Shown one piece after another: positions 7,819 to 13,770 of a stretch of DNA of 24,309 nt (within the stretch, counting starts at the first letter, position 1; every line of letters starts with the position of its first letter). The position numbers and the translations under genes are program-made. The DNA is taken from positions 1 through 24,309 of the IMG/VR virus record IMGVR_UViG_3300017589_000258; one strand, given 5' to 3'. Under the pieces are notes generated by a model. The model was not told the DNA's origin and made no database searches. It saw only the letters and a program-made list of their open reading frames with translations. This DNA is from a virus (Duplodnaviria; Caudoviricetes).

Positions 7819-7864
7819 ATGCCTAAATTCGCACGGGCGGCGTACAGCCCAAAAGGAGATTTTT

Positions 7865-8668
7865 ATGCCAGATGATTTTAACGTAGTTGACGCTACGCAA
7901 GAGCCTGTCGTGGAGGTTCAGGAAACCACCGCAGAACCAGCCGCAGCCGTTGAGAGCGTAAACGCTGAACCCGCGATTCAGCAGACGGAACAGAAAGCGG
8001 TACAGACCCCCGATGAAAACGCCAAGTATGCAGCCGCAAGACGCAAAGCGGAAGCCGAAAAGGCAGAGGCGGTGCAGGCGGCAAGGGATGAAGCAGCCGC
8101 TTCGCTTGCAAAACGGTTCGGCATTGAAAACGTCAAGACGCTTGATGACTTTGACAAATATGCCGCCAACCTTGAATTGCAACAGGCGGGAATCGACCCT
8201 GAAAAGTACAAGGCGCTACGGGAAAACGACCCCGAAGTCAAAAAGGCAAAAGCCATTTTGGAGCAGCAGGAAAGAGCCTCCAAAGACCTTCAATCTTTTG
8301 GCAATTTCAGGGCGGCATTCAAGGAGGCAAACGACAGAGAGTTTGACATTGCCACCGACAAAGAAGTGTATCAGGCGGTCAAAGCCGAAGCCGACACAAG
8401 CGGCAAAGACATGGTGGACGTGTTCGCACGGTACCAAAACAAAAAGCTGCTTGCGGAACTCGCTGACTTGAAAGCCAAAGCAAAGGCACAGGAAACCAAT
8501 GCGGCAAACGCCGCCGCATCACCCGGAAGCGTAAAGGCTGACGGCGACACAACCGCGAACGGAGAGTACATTACCCCCGATCAATTTGAGCAAAACAGGT
8601 CTAACCCGCAATGGGTGAGAAAAAACCTAGAAAAAATTATGAAAAGCCGCCCAAAGTGGGGCGGCTGA
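7865..8668 (+). CDS. capsid scaffolding protein
   Basis: Acidic low-complexity N-terminus, Ala/Lys/Glu helices, short C-terminal helical motif; directly upstream of the capsid gene. Confidence 0.75.
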   Translation: MPDDFNVVDATQEPVVEVQETTAEPAAAVESVNAEPAIQQTEQKAVQTPDENAKYAAARRKAEAEKAEAVQAARDEAAASLAKRFGIENVKTLDDFDKYAANLELQQAGIDPEKYKALRENDPEVKKAKAILEQQERASKDLQSFGNFRAAFKEANDREFDIATDKEVYQAVKAEADTSGKDMVDVFARYQNKKLLAELADLKAKAKAQETNAANAAASPGSVKADGDTTANGEYITPDQFEQNRSNPQWVRKNLEKIMKSRPKWGG

Positions 8669-8690
8669 ACTATTGAAAGGATGATTTTTA

Positions 8691-9542
8691 ATGCCTAATA
8701 ACGTCGCAAAGGGCTTTATCCCTGAAATTTTTGACGCAAATATTATGCGCGCTCTCGAGGATAACCTCGTTTTCAAGAAAATTGTTCGAGTTGTTCCAAT
8801 TAAAGCCGCTACCGGCAAGGGCGACACCGTATATTTTACCGGTCTGGCTGACCCCACAATCACCAGCTACACCGGAACCATTACACATGAAGCCCTCATT
8901 GACGACCAGATTGCGATGCTTGTTGATAAAGAGGAAACCTTTGCTTTTAAGGTCAACGACGAGGATGCCTTGATGACTAATGTTGACCTTCCCGGCTCTC
9001 AGGCGCAGCGTGCGGCTTACAACTTAAAGCGCAAGATTGAGGTTGAGGCGCTACAGACTATTGCTGGCTATGCAAGTGCTGGGACTGTAACCGCAACTAT
9101 TACCAGCGCAAACATTACTAGCTCTCTTGCTTCTATTGCTCAGTATCTTGCGGAGCAAAACGTTCCCGAAGACAACATGTTTATTGTTGTTCCCCCTTGG
9201 ATTCAGCTTAAATTGAAGCTGGCTGGCATTTCTTTCTCCTACAATGAAGGTTTGTCTGGCAAGGGCGGCATGGCGTGGACTAAAGACCTCGGCTTTGACG
9301 TTTATGTCACCAACACCGTTTACAACAGCGGCACTGCCGCAGCTCCTGTGTCTTCCGTGCTGGCTGGCTCTTATCAGTCTATCGGGTACACTGACATTCA
9401 GCTTATGACCCGCCGCAACGAACTGCACAACACCCGCGCTATTGGCATTGATGGCGGCTTGATTTACGGCTACAAGGTCATTAAGCCGAAGGAACTTGCC
9501 ACGGGCGTATTTACATTCGGCGCAGAATCCAGCACGCTTTAA
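8691..9542 (+). CDS. major capsid protein (HK97 fold, P22 coat-like family)
   Basis: FIPEIF, GDTV, VD....FAF.V.D.D and YG.KV.KP motifs; size and synteny. Confidence 0.88.
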   Translation: MPNNVAKGFIPEIFDANIMRALEDNLVFKKIVRVVPIKAATGKGDTVYFTGLADPTITSYTGTITHEALIDDQIAMLVDKEETFAFKVNDEDALMTNVDLPGSQAQRAAYNLKRKIEVEALQTIAGYASAGTVTATITSANITSSLASIAQYLAEQNVPEDNMFIVVPPWIQLKLKLAGISFSYNEGLSGKGGMAWTKDLGFDVYVTNTVYNSGTAAAPVSSVLAGSYQSIGYTDIQLMTRRNELHNTRAIGIDGGLIYGYKVIKPKELATGVFTFGAESSTL

Positions 9543-9573
9543 TTGCGCAATCTAAGAAAGGAAGTACATTTAT

Positions 9574-9978
9574 ATGGCTAATGTTACTGTTACCAACACC
9601 AAGCTAACTGCATTCAACGCTTTCAAGGTTTTGGCCGCGAACGCCGCGACTGAAACCACAGACGCAACCGCCCAGAAGTTTGTTTTTACCCCCACAGGCA
9701 AAGACAATCACGCTTTGATTATCGTGTCTACCACCGCTGACGATGCAGCGGCCGAGATTCTGACCGTTGCCGTTACTGGCGGTGAGGGCGTATTTGCTCT
9801 TGGCGCTCTCGCCACTACCGTGCCCGGCGTTGCAGGCCTGTATGCGTTCCAGATTGAGACCGGGCGCTACATGCAGTCTGACGGCACAATTGAAATGACC
9901 TTTACCCCCGGAACGGGCAAAGACCTTGCAACCGATTTTGCGCTCAAAGTCTACGTCTGCGAATCGTTGCCCAACTAA
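9574..9978 (+). CDS. putative minor capsid or decoration protein
   Basis: 134 aa, beta-rich Thr/Ala composition, immediately after the capsid gene, AAAGGA RBS. Confidence 0.55.
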   Translation: MANVTVTNTKLTAFNAFKVLAANAATETTDATAQKFVFTPTGKDNHALIIVSTTADDAAAEILTVAVTGGEGVFALGALATTVPGVAGLYAFQIETGRYMQSDGTIEMTFTPGTGKDLATDFALKVYVCESLPN

Positions 9979-10032
9979 CAAAAATGGGGAGGGGGAAAAC
10001 GCCCCCTCCCCTCCCCAATCATGGAGGATGCT

Positions 10033-10341
10033 ATGAAATTTTTTGCTCAACCCAATTTATTTATTCGATTCAAACCGCTTCACAAACGGTTGTTTAATGC
10101 AACAGGCTTTTTCTTTGACGCTAACGGAGAGTTTGAAACCGACCGCGAACTGCTCATTAAAGTTTTGCAGAAACAGTTTAAATATGAAGATACAGCCACC
10201 GCAAAAGCTATTAAACCCGAAAACACCGCTGACACTGGCGAAAATATAAAGCATTGCAAAAAGTGTGATTTTACGTGTTTTAATCAAGGCGACTTGTTGG
10301 CTCATTACAGAAAAGAACACCCAAAAGGAGATGCAGAATGA
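10033..10341 (+). CDS. hypothetical protein with C-terminal C2H2 zinc finger
   Basis: Start moved to ATG 10033 behind GGAGG; C-x2-C-x12-H-x4-H (CKKCDFTCFNQGDLLAHYRKEH). Confidence 0.7.
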   Translation: MKFFAQPNLFIRFKPLHKRLFNATGFFFDANGEFETDRELLIKVLQKQFKYEDTATAKAIKPENTADTGENIKHCKKCDFTCFNQGDLLAHYRKEHPKGDAE

Positions 10342-11732
10342 AAAATCCCATCAAAAACATTTCCGCAAATGTTGCTTACATCAATCCTTCGGACACCATT
10401 TTAAAAGTAGACACTTCCGTTTTTGCAACGGCAGTGTATTTCAGCGAGCCGTCAAAAAATTACGATGGCACTTACACGGTCAAGAAAACGGACAGCGGCT
10501 CAAACGCGGTCACTATTTATCCTTACGCGGGAGATACAATAGACGGCTCCGCAAGCGTAACGCTGGCCTTACAAAACGACTATAAAACGCTTTCGCCCGT
10601 TAGCGGAGGCTGGACTGTCGTTGATGCTTACACCGCCACACCGACGCTTGTTAACCCCACAATCACAGGCACAGGCTCGGCGGTGCTTAGTAAAATCAAT
10701 CCCGTTTCTGCAACAGGCGTTTTGACAATTGGCGGTGTTGCTATTGACGGCGAAACTGTGACCATCGGGACAGATGTTTATGAGTTTTGCGCAGACGCCG
10801 CGCAGTCTTTAACAGAAGGCTCAACAGTTGCGGTTGACATTACAGCGCATGCCACAGCTTCACAGGGAACATTGACAATGCCTGTAAACCCCACGGCGAC
10901 CAACACCATGACAATCGGTGAAACGGAATATACGTTTGTTGCCCTTGCTGATTTTGACACAGCGGGAGAAATCCCCATTGGTACAAATGTGGCGGCAACT
11001 CAGGTAAATGCAGTCGCGGCAATCAACGGAACAGATGGAGTAAACGAAGCGCACACCCTTGTTACTGCGGCGGCTTTTGCGACTAACGCTTGTGTGATTA
11101 CCGCCAAAGTCGCGGGCGTAGCAGGAGATTTAATTGCGACTACAGAAACTTTTACAGCCGAAACAAACATATTTGACGGCGACACACTCGGCACAACTGA
11201 GGCGGGCGTTGACTGTACGGCTACTCTTGCTGTTACTGCTTTGGTGGGTGAAATCAACGCAAGCGGCACAATGGGTGTAACTGCGGCTGATAGCGCAGGG
11301 GATACCGTGACGTTGACCGCAACGGCTGGCGCGGCTGGTACTGCACTGGCTACCACTGAAACGATGGCTAACGGAGCATTTGCGGCGGCTACCCTTGTCG
11401 GCGGTTCTGACATGGGGCTGACGACTCCCATCTTTACAAACCCGATTTCAAGAATAACCGTTGGCACTCACAGCTATGCAAGCGGCACAACTGCATGGAC
11501 GCTGACAGCGGCTGAACTTCTCAAGCCATATCACATCATGACGCTTGCTGGCGGCGGCGTTGATGCCGTCATTCCCCTTACTCCTGCTATTCCATATACG
11601 TTTATTAACACAAGCGGTCAGGCTGTTACGGTTAAGGGTGCAAGCGGAAACGGCATTGCAATTGCAAGCGCAAAAACAGCCACAGTTATGGCAGACGGCA
11701 CAAATGTTATCAGGCTTACACCTGACGCATAA
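10338..11732 (+). CDS. Thr/Ala/Gly-rich multidomain virion surface or fibre protein
   Basis: 464 aa; N-terminal VKKTD.S.NAVTI...TIDG module, two related beta domains, C-terminal ..DGTNVIR module. Confidence 0.65.
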   Translation: MKNPIKNISANVAYINPSDTILKVDTSVFATAVYFSEPSKNYDGTYTVKKTDSGSNAVTIYPYAGDTIDGSASVTLALQNDYKTLSPVSGGWTVVDAYTATPTLVNPTITGTGSAVLSKINPVSATGVLTIGGVAIDGETVTIGTDVYEFCADAAQSLTEGSTVAVDITAHATASQGTLTMPVNPTATNTMTIGETEYTFVALADFDTAGEIPIGTNVAATQVNAVAAINGTDGVNEAHTLVTAAAFATNACVITAKVAGVAGDLIATTETFTAETNIFDGDTLGTTEAGVDCTATLAVTALVGEINASGTMGVTAADSAGDTVTLTATAGAAGTALATTETMANGAFAAATLVGGSDMGLTTPIFTNPISRITVGTHSYASGTTAWTLTAAELLKPYHIMTLAGGGVDAVIPLTPAIPYTFINTSGQAVTVKGASGNGIAIASAKTATVMADGTNVIRLTPDA

Positions 11733-11745
11733 GGGGGATAAATAA

Positions 11746-12336
11746 ATGTCATCTTTACTCGAATTACAGTCTGCAAAGGTCTATCTCGGCAAGAGTGGAA
11801 TTGAGGGCACAAAAGGCATCTTTGCGGTTGACGACGATAAAGTTGTCACTTTCACAAATATGAAAGTAGGCGTTTACACGGTTGCCGCACAGCCTACCGC
11901 CTCATGCCTTATTAGTGTATTGGCAACCGCTGTAGGGACGGCTGACACAATGGGTACGCTAGCGGTTGTCGGCTCTCTGGCTGGCGTAGCGGCCACCGAA
12001 AGCATTGTCCCGATTGCTGGCACTACAGTTTACAGCGCCAATGAGTACGACACCATTACTTCCATCACTGGCGCAGGCTGGGTTATTGACGCAGGAAGCG
12101 GCAACGACACAATCAAAATCGGCGTTGCTTCCGCTGTTTCTGGCGACAATTATTACTTTACCGCAGTTCAAGCCCTTGCTGATACCGTAGTGGCATCACA
12201 AACCGACGTGACGGGCTACACAGGCACACAGCTCAGCGATTACACCAAAATACCCGAGGGCGTAACCGTGCCTTGCAGATGCACGAAAATAGCCCTTACA
12301 AGCGGTGAAGCAATCGGCTATCTGGCGAGGGTATAA
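11746..12336 (+). CDS. putative virion structural protein
   Basis: 196 aa, beta-rich; AAGGGGG RBS; lies between head and adaptor genes. Confidence 0.6.
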   Translation: MSSLLELQSAKVYLGKSGIEGTKGIFAVDDDKVVTFTNMKVGVYTVAAQPTASCLISVLATAVGTADTMGTLAVVGSLAGVAATESIVPIAGTTVYSANEYDTITSITGAGWVIDAGSGNDTIKIGVASAVSGDNYYFTAVQALADTVVASQTDVTGYTGTQLSDYTKIPEGVTVPCRCTKIALTSGEAIGYLARV

Positions 12337-12349
12337 GGAGGCGGCTTAA

Positions 12350-12943
12350 ATGGCTACCACAGCTAACACTTGTTTGCAAATTGCTTTGTCTCTCGCAGAC
12401 GAAATACCAGATACGGGGCTTTTCACTTCTTCTGATCTTGACAGTTACAAAGTCCGCGCTCCCTATATTCTCACCCTGCTTGAAGCTGAATTGCTCAAAG
12501 AGGGTGAGATTTTTAATGCCTATACTTTGACAGACACTGATGCACCATTCTCCACTGCTACTGTTGACGATGTGTGGATACGGATTACAATGCCAGCCGA
12601 TTTCAAAAGTGTAAATGAAGTCACTACGATTGACGCTGACGGTAACTATGTCAATGTTTCGTACAAGTGGGAAAGCAAAAATATCCTCGTTTTCCCTGCG
12701 CAGTTTGAAGGTACGCTTACAGTTTCCTACCACGCAATACCGGCCGTAATTACCGCGCTGACAGATGCTTTGCACGTGGACGACATCACGGCAAGAACGC
12801 TTCTTCCCTACGCTCTGGCGGCTGAACTATTTAAGATGGAAAATCAGGACATTTATAACTACTGCTCTCAGCGGTATCAACAGTTAAAGAAAGCAACGGT
12901 TAAAAAAGCAGTGATGGCAGAAATTGTAGATTATTATGCGTAA
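12350..12943 (+). CDS. head-tail adaptor / tail tubular protein A-like
   Basis: 197 aa with helical ends, MPADF turn and LLPYALAAEL helix; precedes the nozzle gene. Confidence 0.65.
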   Translation: MATTANTCLQIALSLADEIPDTGLFTSSDLDSYKVRAPYILTLLEAELLKEGEIFNAYTLTDTDAPFSTATVDDVWIRITMPADFKSVNEVTTIDADGNYVNVSYKWESKNILVFPAQFEGTLTVSYHAIPAVITALTDALHVDDITARTLLPYALAAELFKMENQDIYNYCSQRYQQLKKATVKKAVMAEIVDYYA

Positions 12944-12955
12944 GGCGGTGATGAA

Positions 12956-13240
12956 GTGGCAAGAGAAAGTATTTTTACCATTGACAAATTTCTTGGCGTG
13001 AATGAATCGCCTGACGGTGACACGGGGCTACAGTTTGGTGAAGCGGCGATTATGCGCAACTTTCACATTACCAAAGAGGGCAATTTGCAAAAACGCCCTG
13101 GCTGGAAATCTATTTTCCGAGCGCCTGATACTACACCCGTTCGCTGTATTTGGCACGGAAATGTTAGTGGCGTAGAGCACGTTGTTGTCGCATCCGCTGG
13201 CAAATTGTTCGACATGCGGCTTAGCGATTTTGGAGGGTAA
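12956..13240 (+). CDS. N-terminal fragment of tail nozzle / DNA stabilization protein (tubular protein B, P22 gp10-like)
   Basis: AAGGCGGTGA RBS; F.G.N..PDGDT.L..GEA..MRNF.IT..GNLQKRPG is the typical nozzle N-terminus; stops after about one propeller blade. Confidence 0.75.
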   Translation: MARESIFTIDKFLGVNESPDGDTGLQFGEAAIMRNFHITKEGNLQKRPGWKSIFRAPDTTPVRCIWHGNVSGVEHVVVASAGKLFDMRLSDFGG

Positions 13241-13242
13241 AC

Positions 13243-13356
13243 ATGATTGTAAAATCTGAACCAGTTATTACCGTATCCGCTGTTATTACGCGCAAAGACG
13301 GGCGCATTGAAAATCTTGGCATTATTTCAACCAATAAAAATAAGGAGGACAAATAA
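13243..13356 (+). CDS. 37-aa peptide (MIVKSEPVITVSAVITRKDGRIENLGIISTNKNKEDK), below the ORF-track cutoff
   Basis: GGAGGG RBS at 13232-13237; fills the gap exactly; its TAA abuts the next ATG in the same frame. Confidence 0.65.
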   Translation: MIVKSEPVITVSAVITRKDGRIENLGIISTNKNKEDK

Positions 13357-13743
13357 ATGGCAACTGTATCCGTATTGACTGACGGTGGTCTTGACATTAC
13401 AACTAATCGTATTAAGGGCAGCGGCACTGAGCCGAAGTATGTAGGCTGGGGGACTGGAACGACTGGTGCTGTTGTGGCCAACACCGCGCTTGAAACTCCC
13501 GCGGCAGAAGCTAGAACTTCGGGAACCACCTCGCAGGAAACCACTACAGAAACAAATGATACATACCGCGTTGTTGGTGCTATTACTTGCGCCACCTCTG
13601 CAAAGGCAATTACAGAGGTTGGCTTGTTTGACGCGTCAACTGACGGCAATTTGTTTGAGCGCAGCACATTCAGCGCAATCAATCTTGATGTTGGCGACGC
13701 GGCAACATTTACTATTGACGTAGTTTTTGCCCATCCTGCGTGA
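13357..13743 (+). CDS. putative virion structural protein resembling tail-fibre N-terminal / baseplate attachment modules
   Basis: AAGGAGG RBS; VLTDGG...YVGWGTG...TALE...ITEVGLFDA...G.L..R..F..I.L..GD...FT pattern. Confidence 0.65.
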   Translation: MATVSVLTDGGLDITTNRIKGSGTEPKYVGWGTGTTGAVVANTALETPAAEARTSGTTSQETTTETNDTYRVVGAITCATSAKAITEVGLFDASTDGNLFERSTFSAINLDVGDAATFTIDVVFAHPA

Positions 13744-13770
13744 TGATACGCTATTTAATTATGTTGGGAG

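Noticed and set aside
9537-9555. CTT-TAA at the capsid stop resembles a prfB-type +1 frameshift site that could fuse capsid to the next gene
   Set aside because: The +1 frame hits TAA at 9553-9555 before the next gene; the -1 and readthrough frames are out of frame with it and also close quickly.
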